Positions 9,448-18,548 of a stretch of 40,347 bases of DNA are shown here, piece by piece (the stretch's first letter is position 1; every line of letters starts with the position of its first letter). The notes under the pieces are model-generated. The model saw only the letters and a program-made list of their open reading frames with translations. It was not told where the DNA came from and did not search any database. This DNA is from a virus (Duplodnaviria; Heunggongvirae; Uroviricota; Caudoviricetes). The position numbers were made by a program, and so were the translations under genes. The stretch is taken from the IMG/VR virus record IMGVR_UViG_2728369181_000008. The stretch is one strand, 5' to 3'.

Positions 9448-9890
9448 TGTAACGCTGCGAGCGTTACAAGGTGAAAACAAATGGCTTCAAACTGGATAAA
9501 GCTCGAGGTTATTACGCCGGATAAGCCGGAAATATTCAGGCTTGCTGAGATTCTGAATATTGATCCAGATGCCGCATTAGGGAAGGTTATTCGCTTCTGG
9601 GCATGGGCGGATCAACAAATGATAGACGGTAATGCAGATTGTAACGCTCGCGGCGTTACAAAAAGTGCAATAGATCGCATTACTTTTATGGCTGGTTTTG
9701 CTGATGCGTTAATTCAGGTTGGATGGCTGGTCGAAAATGACGGTGGGCTTTCTCTACCTAACTTTGAACGTCATAACGGGAAAAGCTCTAAAAAACGGGC
9801 GGTTACAAACGAGCGAGTTACAAAAATACGCGAACTGAAACGAAAAGGTAACGCTGCCAGCGTTACACAAAGGGATCAAAAAGCGTTACC
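9448..9890. repeat. Iteron-like inverted repeats GTAACGC(T)-N3-5-(A)GCGTTAC, candidate replication origin
   Basis: Copies at 9448-9468, 9640-9660, 9801-9824 (degenerate), 9847-9867 and a half-site at 9882-9890, followed by (GAGGAA)3 and an AT-rich stretch. Confidence 0.55.
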
Positions 9891-10611
9891 AGAGGAAGAG
9901 GAAGAGGAAGATATAAATACTGATCTAACCCATCCCAAACCCTTCCCTTCCGGAAGGGAGTTCCGGGATTTTGTGGCGGGAGTGCTTGAGGGGAGATTAT
10001 CTGGCGGTACTGCAGCGGAATTTTGTAATTCTGCGGTGGTTGCGTTGCAGGCTGCTGGCCTGGATGTCTGTCGTGAGTATCCGGTGCCAGAGCGTGGTGA
10101 CGGTTGCGGAGGGCGGATTGATATCGTCGTGACTGACAGGAACGGTGTCCGGTGTGGGATCGAGCTTGACCGAAATTCTCCGCGACAGAAATCACTGCTC
10201 AAAATCGGTGCTGTTGAAACCGGGATATGTGTCTTGCGGCGCAGTGATATCGCAAGGCACACCGAGCAGGGAATTCTGGTTATCGGTGGGGCTGTTCGCC
10301 AGAAAAAATTTGACCCGTTGTCAGTTGATCTGCCCGACTGGTTGCCAGAAACACTCTGGCATGAGTGGGTCCAGTTCAGGCAGGCATTGCGAAAACCGAT
10401 TCGAACGGAGCAGGGCGCTAACGGGGCGATACGGGAGCTGGAAAAATTCCGCCAGCAGGGTTTTACACCTGAGCAGGTGATTCGACACAGTATCGCCAAT
10501 GAATACCAGGGCCTGTTCGCGCCGAAAGGTGTTCGGCCTGAGACGTTGCTCCGACAGGTTAACACCGTCTCGTTGCCGGACAGTGCGATCCCGCCAGGCT
10601 TCAGGGGGTAA
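9481..10611 (+). CDS. Replication initiation protein (YdaU/DUF1376-like replisome organiser)
   Basis: 376 aa immediately upstream of the DnaC-like loader; contains the iterons; acidic EEEEEED linker; C-terminus ...AIPPGFRG. Confidence 0.7.
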   Translation: MASNWIKLEVITPDKPEIFRLAEILNIDPDAALGKVIRFWAWADQQMIDGNADCNARGVTKSAIDRITFMAGFADALIQVGWLVENDGGLSLPNFERHNGKSSKKRAVTNERVTKIRELKRKGNAASVTQRDQKALPEEEEEEDINTDLTHPKPFPSGREFRDFVAGVLEGRLSGGTAAEFCNSAVVALQAAGLDVCREYPVPERGDGCGGRIDIVVTDRNGVRCGIELDRNSPRQKSLLKIGAVETGICVLRRSDIARHTEQGILVIGGAVRQKKFDPLSVDLPDWLPETLWHEWVQFRQALRKPIRTEQGANGAIRELEKFRQQGFTPEQVIRHSIANEYQGLFAPKGVRPETLLRQVNTVSLPDSAIPPGFRG

Positions 10612-10617
10612 CAGACC

Positions 10618-11364
10618 ATGAAAAATATTGCGACAGGAGGCGTTCTGGAGCGTATCCGCAGACTGACCCCACCACATGTAACCGCCCCATTCAGAACGGT
10701 TGCGGAGTGGCGCGAGTGGCAACTTGCTGAAGGCCAGAAACGTTGCGAGGAGATCAACCGCCTGAATCGTCAGTTGCGGGTGGAAAAAATCCTGAATCGC
10801 TCTGGCATCCAGCCGTTGCACCGCAAATGCTCGTTTGCGAATTACCAGGTGCAGAACGAAGGGCAGCGATACGCGTTGAGTCAGGCGAAATCCATCGCTG
10901 ATGAAATGATGACCGGGTGTACAAATTTTGCGTTCAGCGGAAAACCTGGTACCGGGAAGAACCACTTAGCGGCAGCTATCGGGAATCGCCTGCTGAAAGA
11001 CGGTCAGACAGTGATTGTGGTTACCGTGGCTGATGTTATGAGTGCCCTCCACGCCAGCTATGACGACGGGCAGTCAGGCGAAAAATTTTTGCGGGAACTG
11101 TGCGAAGTGGATCTGCTGGTTCTTGATGAAATTGGCATTCAGCGCGAGACGAAAAACGAGCAGGTGGTACTGCACCAGATTATTGATCGACGGACAGCGT
11201 CGATGCGTAGCGTGGGAATGCTGACAAACCTGAACTATGAGGCCATGAAAACATTGCTCGGTGAGCGGATTATGGATCGCATGACCATGAACGGCGGACG
11301 CTGGGTGAATTTTAACTGGGAGAGCTGGCGTCCGAATGTCGTCCAGCCAGGAATTGCGAAGTAA
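10618..11364 (+). CDS. DnaC-like helicase loader, IstB-type AAA+ ATPase (YdaV-like)
   Basis: Walker [16 protein letters not shown] and Walker B LLVLDEIG. Confidence 0.85.
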   Translation: MKNIATGGVLERIRRLTPPHVTAPFRTVAEWREWQLAEGQKRCEEINRLNRQLRVEKILNRSGIQPLHRKCSFANYQVQNEGQRYALSQAKSIADEMMTGCTNFAFSGKPGTGKNHLAAAIGNRLLKDGQTVIVVTVADVMSALHASYDDGQSGEKFLRELCEVDLLVLDEIGIQRETKNEQVVLHQIIDRRTASMRSVGMLTNLNYEAMKTLLGERIMDRMTMNGGRWVNFNWESWRPNVVQPGIAK

Positions 11365-11386
11365 TTTTTACCGGGAGAAAAATTTA

Positions 11387-12133
11387 ATGGAGACTGTTTT
11401 TGACGCACTGAAAGCAATGGGAAAAGCCACATCCATAGAACTTGCTGCGCGACTTGATATCAGTCGTGAAGAAGTGCTGAACGAACTATGGGAACTGAAA
11501 AAAGCTGGTTTCGTTGATAAAAGCGCGTACACCTGGCGTGTGGCTGATAACAACGTTCAGCAGGAACAGCCAGCGCCGGAAGAACAGCCGGAAGAAACCA
11601 CCACGGCAACAGTAGCGAAAATCTCAGAGTGCGATTTAACCGCGACGATTGAACAACGCGGACCACAAACGGCGGATGAGCTGGCTGCGTTGTTCGGTAC
11701 CACATCACGCAAAGTAGCTTCAACGCTGGCAATGGCAATCAGCAAGGGGCGTCTGATTCGCGTAAATCAGAACGGTAAATTTCGTTACTGCATACCGGGC
11801 GATAATTTACCAGCAGAGCCGAAAGCGGCATCGGTAGCGGAAACTGATGGTAAAGCCTTTCCTCAGCCTGCATGTGTTGCGTTACCAGTACAGGAAGATA
11901 TTAAAACAGAAACTGTGGCGGACATTGTGCAGTCGCTGCCATCGTTCACCGAAACGCGAGCGGATGACCTGATTTTACCATCGCTGCATATGGCAAACCG
12001 CGAACTGCGTCGGGCGAAAAGTCATGTCCAGAAGTGGGAGCGAGTCTGCGCCGCGCTGCGGGAGCTGAACAAGCACCGGGATATTGTTCGACAGATTACT
12101 GATTCTTCCCGCCGTGTTGTATCGGAAAAGTGA
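11387..12133 (+). CDS. Hypothetical protein with two winged-helix-like segments (DUF1627-like)
   Basis: ORF with RBS ggagaaaaa; acidic PEEQPEE linker between two small helical segments. Confidence 0.5.
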   Translation: METVFDALKAMGKATSIELAARLDISREEVLNELWELKKAGFVDKSAYTWRVADNNVQQEQPAPEEQPEETTTATVAKISECDLTATIEQRGPQTADELAALFGTTSRKVASTLAMAISKGRLIRVNQNGKFRYCIPGDNLPAEPKAASVAETDGKAFPQPACVALPVQEDIKTETVADIVQSLPSFTETRADDLILPSLHMANRELRRAKSHVQKWERVCAALRELNKHRDIVRQITDSSRRVVSEK

Positions 12134-12148
12134 TTGCCGGAGGCGCTT

Positions 12149-12571
12149 ATGGCAAAAGTATTTACACAAGAAGAGCGAGAAAAAATTAAAGGGCAGGTTG
12201 TTGAGCTAGTACGCCGGAGTGGGCGCGAGACGTTACGGCAACTGGAAGCCAAGACAGGCACGACAAGATATCTGATGAGCGTTCTCGCCAAAGAGCTGGT
12301 TGCCAGTGGCGATGTATACAACTCTGGTTACGGGTTATTTCCGTCTGAACAGGCCCGTAAGGATTGGCAAAACGCCCGCAAAAAACTATCCAGGGCAAAG
12401 GTGAAAAAAACGGTTGTGGTTGATCCTGACCTTATCTGGTCATTACCAGACGGAGAAATACGCCGCTACGACAGGCGCCTGAATATAATCTGTCGCGAGT
12501 GCCGGAAGAGTGAAGTTATGCAGCGTGTACTGGCGTTTTATCAGGGTAACTTTCAGGAGGTGGCACAGTGA
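12149..12571 (+). CDS. Hypothetical phage protein
   Basis: ORF with RBS ggagg 5 nt before ATG at 12149 (the track uses TTG at 12134). Confidence 0.5.
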   Translation: MAKVFTQEEREKIKGQVVELVRRSGRETLRQLEAKTGTTRYLMSVLAKELVASGDVYNSGYGLFPSEQARKDWQNARKKLSRAKVKKTVVVDPDLIWSLPDGEIRRYDRRLNIICRECRKSEVMQRVLAFYQGNFQEVAQ

Positions 12572-13329
12572 GCGGGATTGACTATCAGGCACTGCGTGAT
12601 GCGGCAGAAAAGGCAACTACAGGGAGCTACATCGTAGGGCATACATCTGTTAACCAGCACGGTAATTTAACAGGAGTTTTTGTTTGTCAAAAATGGAAAG
12701 GAGAACCCGGTGGCGTGATTGCAGAATGTCACGTTAACTGCCTGGTTGAAACAGATGCTCAGGCTTATGCAAACGCTGAATTTATTGCTGCCTTTAATCC
12801 AAATGTTGCGCTGGCACTGCTGGATGAACGGGAAAGAAACCAGCAATACATCAAATCCCGCGACCAGGAGAACGAGGATATTGCACTAACGGTGGGGAAG
12901 CTGCGTGTTGAGCTTGAGGAAGCAAAATCAAAACTCAACGAGCAGCGTGAATATTACGAAGGTGTTATCTCGGATGGGAGTAAGCGTATTGCTGAACTGG
13001 AGAAAAGCGAAGAGCAACTCATTAATGAGCGTGACCATGCTGAGTCTGCTTTGGATGATATGTACTTTGCAGCAACCGGGGATAGGCCTGAGTGGAGTAA
13101 CTGGTTCGGCTTTTCAGATGCTGTCGATGCCGTGGTTGACAGAATTGCTGATTTAGAAGCTAAACAGCCATCGCCAGTAGTACCGGAAGGACTGGTTAAA
13201 GCAGTGCGCTTTTATGAACAGGTTAAGCGTGAGAATCCGCCAGTCGAAACCGGAGCATGGAAAGACGCTGTTGACTGGGTGCTCAAAGAGGCTTGCCAGG
13301 CTGTAAACATTGGCATCAAAGGAGAGTGA
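12568..13329 (+). CDS. Ead/Ea22-like family protein
   Basis: 253 aa; N-terminal region with ALLDERERNQQY and a coiled-coil segment as in lambdoid Ea22-like proteins; GTG start with RBS aggaggtgg. Confidence 0.65.
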   Translation: MSGIDYQALRDAAEKATTGSYIVGHTSVNQHGNLTGVFVCQKWKGEPGGVIAECHVNCLVETDAQAYANAEFIAAFNPNVALALLDERERNQQYIKSRDQENEDIALTVGKLRVELEEAKSKLNEQREYYEGVISDGSKRIAELEKSEEQLINERDHAESALDDMYFAATGDRPEWSNWFGFSDAVDAVVDRIADLEAKQPSPVVPEGLVKAVRFYEQVKRENPPVETGAWKDAVDWVLKEACQAVNIGIKGE

Positions 13330-13359
13330 GGATGTTCAATAATTTGCCTGGTACTGGTT

Positions 13360-13409
13360 NNNNNNNNNNNNNNNNNNNNNNNNNNNNNNNNNNNNNNNNN
13401 NNNNNNNNN
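13360..13409. other. Run of 50 N (assembly gap or masked sequence)
   Basis: Read directly; truncates a small ORF starting at 13332. Confidence 0.99.
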
Positions 13410-13511
13410 TTGTTTTCGGTGTCATTTGCGCCGTTATTGGTTGGGCAGTTATTGAGTCCATTCTTTGGCTGCTTTCTTTCATTCACATAACTATTGGTTG
13501 AGAACTGACCC

Positions 13512-14234
13512 ATGACCACTTTCACCGACAAAGAACTGATTAAAGAAATCAAAGAGCGCATAGGCAGCCTGGACGTGAGAGACAATATTGAGCGCCGTGC
13601 TTATGAAATTGCTCTGGCATCGCTGGAGGCAGAGCCAGTGGCAAAAATTATAGCTCACTACCCATTAGGAATTGACGTAGGCAAACAAAAGTTCGTACAG
13701 GCCATTGGAGAGCTTCCTGACTTTGGAGGATATCTATTCGTCGCTCCACCTGTGCCGGTAACACAGGCTGATGTCGCGCAAGCAATTGAAAACCTCAAGC
13801 AGAAGTTAGTGGAATGCAATCGCTATAACTACTGTGCAGATGCCGTTAAAGGTGTTGAGGATGCCAGCCGCGTCTTGGCACTCCAAAATCAAAATATATC
13901 AGCGCCGCTAACTTCGGATGCCATTGAAAACGCGATTGAATTCATCCGCAGCATCGCTTTTCACATCAATGAAGACGATTACCACGGCAAACATATTGCG
14001 CATTACATGCAGCAAGCATTGGCCTGGCTGGAAGGGCATTCATGCAGCGCAGACAGTCAGGGCAAATCCGATAATTCACCATTGCCGCGCTACCAGGTGA
14101 TCGAATTAACAATGCTGGTTAAACAATTGGTTAGCCAATTGAGGAAAGCGAAGCCGGACTGCAAATTACCGGAGAAGGCGATGGTCTACCTGAAGCGAAA
14201 CGGACTGATAAGCGCGGAGGATATTTTACGATGA
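13512..14234 (+). CDS. Hypothetical phage protein (240 aa)
   Basis: Long ORF in the nin-like region; no motif recognised. Confidence 0.5.
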   Translation: MTTFTDKELIKEIKERIGSLDVRDNIERRAYEIALASLEAEPVAKIIAHYPLGIDVGKQKFVQAIGELPDFGGYLFVAPPVPVTQADVAQAIENLKQKLVECNRYNYCADAVKGVEDASRVLALQNQNISAPLTSDAIENAIEFIRSIAFHINEDDYHGKHIAHYMQQALAWLEGHSCSADSQGKSDNSPLPRYQVIELTMLVKQLVSQLRKAKPDCKLPEKAMVYLKRNGLISAEDILR

Positions 14235-14313
14235 CCTGGCCTGAAGCATTCACAACGGTAGGAATTGCACTGGCGGTGGCGCTGGTGGTGTATTCGATTT
14301 GCCGTTGGGGTTA
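14231..14313 (+). CDS. Candidate 27-aa hydrophobic microprotein (MTWPEAFTTVGIALAVALVVYSICRWG)
   Basis: Start overlaps the upstream stop (ATGA); single predicted TM helix; immediately followed by a terminator. Confidence 0.3.
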
Positions 14314-14317
14314 ACAA

Positions 14318-14350
14318 ACAAAAACCCCGGATTGATGGTCCGGGGTTTTT
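14318..14350 (+). terminator. Rho-independent terminator
   Basis: aaaaaccccggattgatggtccggggttttt. Confidence 0.7.
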
Positions 14351-14688
14351 GAAGGAAACAAAACAGAAACAACAATTGCCGTTACCTGTTGTTACCATGG
14401 CAAGTAAACGTATCTCAGGCGAGCGCATTGCGCCGTTCTGACGCAGATAAATTAGCCTGGATAGAAGGTGCTGGCAATAAAAAATAGCGTTTTCTTATCG
14501 GTGTCGGTAAGATTGCTGCGGGTGCTTGAGGCTGTCTGCCTCGGGCATGCCACTGTAAGGCAGACAGAGAAAAGCCCCAGTTAACATTACGCGTCCTGCA
14601 AGACGCTTAACATTAATCTGAGGCCCAATCTATGTCTCACAAATGTAGGTTAGCCTCTTACGTGCCGAAAGGCAAGGAGAAGCAGGCT

Positions 14689-14844
14689 ATGAAGCAGCAA
14701 AAGGCGATGTTAGTCGCCCTGATTGTCATCTGTTTAACCGTCATAGTGACGGCACTGGTAACGAGGAAGGACCTCTGCGAGGTACGAATCCGAACCGGCC
14801 AGACGGAGGTCGCTGTCTTCACAGCTTACGAACCTGAGGAGTAA
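14689..14844 (+). CDS. Hok/Gef-family type I toxin (HokD/RelF-like)
   Basis: MKQQKAMLVALIVICLTVIVTALVTRKDLCEVRIRTGQTEVAVFTAYEPEE, near-identical to recalled HokD; RBS aaggaga; hairpin-rich leader upstream; in-frame upstream extension to 14632. Confidence 0.85.
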   Translation: MKQQKAMLVALIVICLTVIVTALVTRKDLCEVRIRTGQTEVAVFTAYEPEE

Positions 14845-14912
14845 GAGACCAGGCGGGGGAGAAATCCCTCGCCACCTCTCATGTGTCAGGCATCCTCAAC
14901 GCACCCGCACTA

Positions 14913-14938
14913 AACCCGCTTCGGCGGGTTTTTTGTTG
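14913..14938 (+). terminator. Rho-independent terminator after hok
   Basis: aaacccgcttcggcgggttttttg. Confidence 0.75.
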
Positions 14939-15119
14939 CGCGCTGAATGCGCAGGGTGAAAAATAACCATATATTTGATTATATACACAACAAAAAATAA
15001 AAGTCATTGTACCTGCACATTAAATAATCAAATATACGGCGTGAAATAAATATTTTTCAGATTAATATTTTTGTCTCTATGTGGATATAACCGTTTGTAC
15101 TTATAAACTCGGAGGCATC

Positions 15120-15332
15120 GTGGAAAAAATAAAGAAACTATTTAGTTGCAAATACGCAGTCATACGTCGTGATGACCTGTCAGTTATAGTCGAAATGGAT
15201 TACTTCCCTGAAACCCCAAAATCAATGATGTATCGTAATGGTCGAAAGGCAATTTTTTTACCGATGAGGGTAAGTGACATTATGGGAAATGATAAACTGC
15301 TGGATGAATTGCGAGTCAGAGCATCCTGTTAG
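15120..15332 (+). CDS. Hypothetical small protein (70 aa, GTG start) in an AT-rich island
   Basis: RBS ggagg 4 nt before GTG; preceded by about 180 bp of very AT-rich DNA. Confidence 0.35.
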   Translation: MEKIKKLFSCKYAVIRRDDLSVIVEMDYFPETPKSMMYRNGRKAIFLPMRVSDIMGNDKLLDELRVRASC

Positions 15333-15403
15333 TATTGGTATTAATTCTGGTATACTACATAACGGGCTGAACACCCATTCTACTGCGCCAGCGGAGAACT
15401 ACG

Positions 15404-16003
15404 ATGGCGCATATACAACTGGTCAAACAAACCTCTTCCGGATTACTTCTCCCGGCGACGCCGGAGAGTTGCGATTTTTTGCATCAAATAAAAATAGGCG
15501 AGTGGATACACGCAGACTTTAAGCGTGTGCGTAACTACGCGTTCCACAAGCGTTTTTTCAAACTCCTGCAACTGGGATTCGATTACTGGACTCCGAACGG
15601 TGGGGCGATCACGCCTCGCGAACGAGAACTGGTGTCCGGTTTCGTTGATTTCCTGTGCGAATCAGTAGGTCGGGAACATACGCCAGCTCTGAGCGAAGCC
15701 GCAGAGCAATATCTGAATACAGTTGCAACACGCAGAACCCGGGATACGGCATTGCTAAAGTCGTTTGACGCTTTCCGCGAGTGGGTAACCATTCAGGCCG
15801 GATTTTACACCGAGCATATTTATCCGGACGGTAGCCACGGGCGTCGGGCGAAATCCATCGCTTTTGCGAATATGGACGAAACCGAGTTTCAGCAGGTTTA
15901 TAAAGCCGTACTGAATGTGCTGTGGAACTGGATCCTGTTCCGTAAATTCTCCTCTCCGGAGGAAGTCGAAAATGTGGCCGCGCAGCTGCTGGAGTTTGCG
16001 TAA
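15404..16003 (+). CDS. DUF1367-family phage protein (nin region)
   Basis: 199-aa ORF immediately upstream of the YbcO-like gene; family assignment from recollection. Confidence 0.5.
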   Translation: MAHIQLVKQTSSGLLLPATPESCDFLHQIKIGEWIHADFKRVRNYAFHKRFFKLLQLGFDYWTPNGGAITPRERELVSGFVDFLCESVGREHTPALSEAAEQYLNTVATRRTRDTALLKSFDAFREWVTIQAGFYTEHIYPDGSHGRRAKSIAFANMDETEFQQVYKAVLNVLWNWILFRKFSSPEEVENVAAQLLEFA

Positions 16004-16293
16004 TGGTGGATTTACGTAAAGCGGCAAAAGGTCAGATGTGTACAGTCAGAATTCCTGGCTACTGCAATCACAATCCCGAAACGTCCGTGCTGGCGCATTA
16101 CAGGCTGGCGGGGACGTGTGGAACAGCGACAAAACCACACGATATGCAGGCGGCAATTGCCTGTAGCTCATGCCACGATTTAATCGACGGGCGGGTAAAA
16201 ACCAGCGATTACACCAAAGAAGAATTGCGCCTGATGCATGCAGAAGGTGTTTTTCGCACACAAGAAATCTGGAGAAAGGAAGGTTATTTATGA
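16003..16293 (+). CDS. DUF1364 / YbcO-like putative zinc-binding nuclease
   Basis: 96 aa; resembles recalled DLP12 YbcO (…DLRKAA.G..C.VRIPG.CN.NPETSVLAH.RL.G.CGT.TKP…IAC..CHD). Confidence 0.65.
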   Translation: MVDLRKAAKGQMCTVRIPGYCNHNPETSVLAHYRLAGTCGTATKPHDMQAAIACSSCHDLIDGRVKTSDYTKEELRLMHAEGVFRTQEIWRKEGYL

Positions 16294-16844
16294 TTTACCC
16301 AACAAATACAGGCAAAAGCGGGGAACACCTTCGTCTCACCACGCTGGAAAGTGTCTGGATTCAGGGAAAACTGCGTATGTGGGGGCGCTGGTCGTATATT
16401 GGCGGCGGTAAGACGGGAAATATGTTCAACCAGTTGCTGACCTCTAAAAAGCTGACAAAAACGGCAATTAACGAGGCGCTCCGGAGGATGAAAAAAGCAG
16501 GTCTGGACAAACCTGAACTTGAGGCTTTTTTGCGGGATATGATCAACGGCAAGCAAAAAAGTTGGCTGGTGCATTGTACTGATGCAGAGGCGTTATGCAT
16601 TGATCGGGTGATTAGTGAAGTGCTGGCAGAACACCCAGGATTGATTTGTATCCTCCGACAAAGATATGAAGGGCGGGGGATGAGTAAGCGAAAAATGGCT
16701 GAATTGCTGAATGATTCACACCCTGAGTGGTGTTTTCGGACGTGCTGCAGTCGGGTAGATGTATGGCTAAATCTTGCTGAATATATGCTCTATCTACCGA
16801 TGCGTGATGCATTCTCTTCCGGGGATTTAAAAACTGTCTGTTGA
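16290..16844 (+). CDS. Putative late-gene antitermination protein (Q-like)
   Basis: 184 aa; position between the nin-type nuclease and the late promoter; start overlaps the upstream stop (ATGA); RBS ggagaaagg. Confidence 0.55.
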   Translation: MIYPTNTGKSGEHLRLTTLESVWIQGKLRMWGRWSYIGGGKTGNMFNQLLTSKKLTKTAINEALRRMKKAGLDKPELEAFLRDMINGKQKSWLVHCTDAEALCIDRVISEVLAEHPGLICILRQRYEGRGMSKRKMAELLNDSHPEWCFRTCCSRVDVWLNLAEYMLYLPMRDAFSSGDLKTVC

Positions 16845-16870
16845 CTCAATCTGTTATCCGGGGCTATATT
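16841..16870 (+). promoter_or_regulatory. Candidate late promoter PR' (TTGACT-N18-TATATT)
   Basis: Sigma70-like hexamers read directly at the 3' end of the Q-like gene. Confidence 0.5.
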
Positions 16871-16932
16871 CCTCACGCGCCAGCAAAATCTGGCGTCGGG
16901 ATTAGGAACCCCGGATAGAGACCGCGACAGAC

Positions 16933-16957
16933 ACACGCCGCGAGCGTGTTTTTTATT
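16933..16957 (+). terminator. Candidate tR'-like terminator about 80 nt downstream of PR'
   Basis: acacgc-cgcga-gcgtgt followed by tttttatt. Confidence 0.5.
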
Positions 16958-17117
16958 GTCGTATGCACGCGCACATCTGAATTATGGTGGGGCGTATGGG
17001 GGAGCTGAAAAGCTCGCCGGTTGGTTTCCCGGTAGTTCCTAACCCTGTACGTCTCACCACCCGATGATTAGGAACCTGACGGTGGTGATAGTTTAGAAAC
17101 CACTCGAGGGCGTCATT

Positions 17118-17699
17118 ATGACAACTCAAATCTCTGTTGAAACTCTCTCCCCGATCACCCATAACCAGATTCCTGTTATTACCACCGAACTTTTGGCGCA
17201 GTTGTACGGTGCTGAAGTTAAGAACATTCAAAATAACTACGCCAGAAATGCTGAGCGCTTTATTGAAGGAAAGCATTTTTTCAAAGTGGCTGGCGATGCC
17301 CTGAAAAATTTGCGGGTAGCTTTAAACTACTCACAAAATTTGCAACCATCTTTAAGAGGGTTACAAATTTCCCCGAAAGCCCGCTCCCTCATCCTCTGGA
17401 CAGAACGAGGCGCAGCACGCCACGCAAAAATGCTGGAAACCGATCAGGCGTGGGATGTGTTCGAAAAACTGGAAGACTGCTATTTCAGTCAAAAGGATCC
17501 GTCAGCGCCAGTTTCATGCCAGAAAAGTTACGACACGCGAGTTCTCTGTTATCAGCGAGGCGGTGTCACTGTTTCCACAATTCAGTTACGGGATGATGAT
17601 ATTGTTATTTCCCTTGAGTCATGGCTGGAACTGGCGAGAGCCAATGGTTGGTTTGTTGTTCGCAGAGATAAACTGGTGGAAAGGTTGATGCAGCTTTAA
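17118..17699 (+). CDS. ORF6N-domain protein (Bro/antirepressor-like N-terminal domain)
   Basis: N-terminal segment ITTELLAQLYGAEVKNIQNNYARNAERFIEGKHFF resembles the ORF6N/KilA-N type; first gene after the late leader. Confidence 0.5.
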   Translation: MTTQISVETLSPITHNQIPVITTELLAQLYGAEVKNIQNNYARNAERFIEGKHFFKVAGDALKNLRVALNYSQNLQPSLRGLQISPKARSLILWTERGAARHAKMLETDQAWDVFEKLEDCYFSQKDPSAPVSCQKSYDTRVLCYQRGGVTVSTIQLRDDDIVISLESWLELARANGWFVVRRDKLVERLMQL

Positions 17700-17794
17700 A
17701 AAAGTTCTTGCATTTTTGCACATAAACTGCTTCAATTCCGGTATGCTTCGCAAAGCTGTATCGCGAGGCGAACCAAGCGCATGAACTTTAATAG

Positions 17795-17818
17795 AACCCG
17801 CCACCGAGCGGGTTTTGT
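17795..17818. terminator. Hairpin terminator (possibly bidirectional)
   Basis: aacccgc-caccga-gcgggtttt. Confidence 0.55.
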
Positions 17819-17836
17819 TGTTTCTGGAGAACACCC

Positions 17837-18067
17837 ATGAAATTTTATGAATTATCTTCTGATTCCCGATCTCAGGCCAAAATCACACTGGGTCAGTTCA
17901 TTGTGGCTCGGGCTAACGCGGGGGTGGATGATTTTGAAAATTTGGGGCATTGCATCGCTGCCGCGTTTATTGCGATGGAGCGCCATGAAAGCGCCCCTGA
18001 GGTTGGTGAGGGGCGTAGCGGGAACGGAATACCCGTTAATGGCGATCAAAACTCACTTCTTGATTAA
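17837..18067 (+). CDS. Hypothetical small protein (76 aa)
   Basis: RBS ggaga before ATG; overlapping alternative frames exist (17847..18092 plus, 17852..18049 minus), so the frame call is uncertain. Confidence 0.3.
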   Translation: MKFYELSSDSRSQAKITLGQFIVARANAGVDDFENLGHCIAAAFIAMERHESAPEVGEGRSGNGIPVNGDQNSLLD

Positions 18068-18331
18068 ATGCCATGAGCGATCTGCTGCTTGAGTGACTAG
18101 TACCCGAGGGTTCTTTTTGATTGTCCCAGCGATGGTTACAACTTCTTCTCGGACTGCGCGAGCAGATGCGTTTTTTTCGGCTGTGTACTCAGCGTCTGGA
18201 AGATAAAACCAGTTTCCTGCTCCATCTTGAATTTCGCGAAAGTATCTTCGGGATTCCATCGCCTCATGAAGGCGATTGTAGTCATCGGATGATGCACCCA
18301 CAAGCTCAACGCGGACAGTAAAACTAGCCAT
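18053..18331 (-). CDS. Hypothetical small protein (92 aa), minus-strand moron between late leader and lysis genes
   Basis: Strong RBS aaggagt before ATG at 18331; sequence MASFTVRVELVGASSDDYNRLHEAMESRRYFREIQDGAGNWFYLP…; no family recognised. Confidence 0.5.
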   Translation of the reverse strand: MASFTVRVELVGASSDDYNRLHEAMESRRYFREIQDGAGNWFYLPDAEYTAEKNASARAVREEVVTIAGTIKKNPRVLVTQAADRSWHLIKK

Positions 18332-18548
18332 ATATACTCCTTTAATTGATATGGTTACTTTTGGCGATTTAACGATATCAAACACGAGGATATACCGCCA
18401 GAAGCTTAATCTGGCACTCCATCTGGCCCCGGCATGTCCCAGAGCTTTTTCGTTGTTAGGCTCCAGAAACATCCTCGACTTCTTGTGAGCAAGCCTGAGA
18501 GCCTGAATCTTACATTTAGCACCATCCGAACTCTCGGAGGTGAGGCTT

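Noticed and set aside
9863-10965. Minus-strand ORFs of 110-293 aa antisense to the replication initiator and loader genes
   Set aside because: They overlap two well-supported plus-strand genes and translate to Ser/Pro/Arg-rich low-complexity sequence typical of antisense frames in GC-rich coding DNA
17847-18092. Alternative-frame ORFs overlapping the 17837..18067 ORF (17847..18092 plus, 17852..18049 minus)
   Set aside because: Mutually exclusive overlapping frames; only the one with a recognisable RBS is kept, and even that at low confidence
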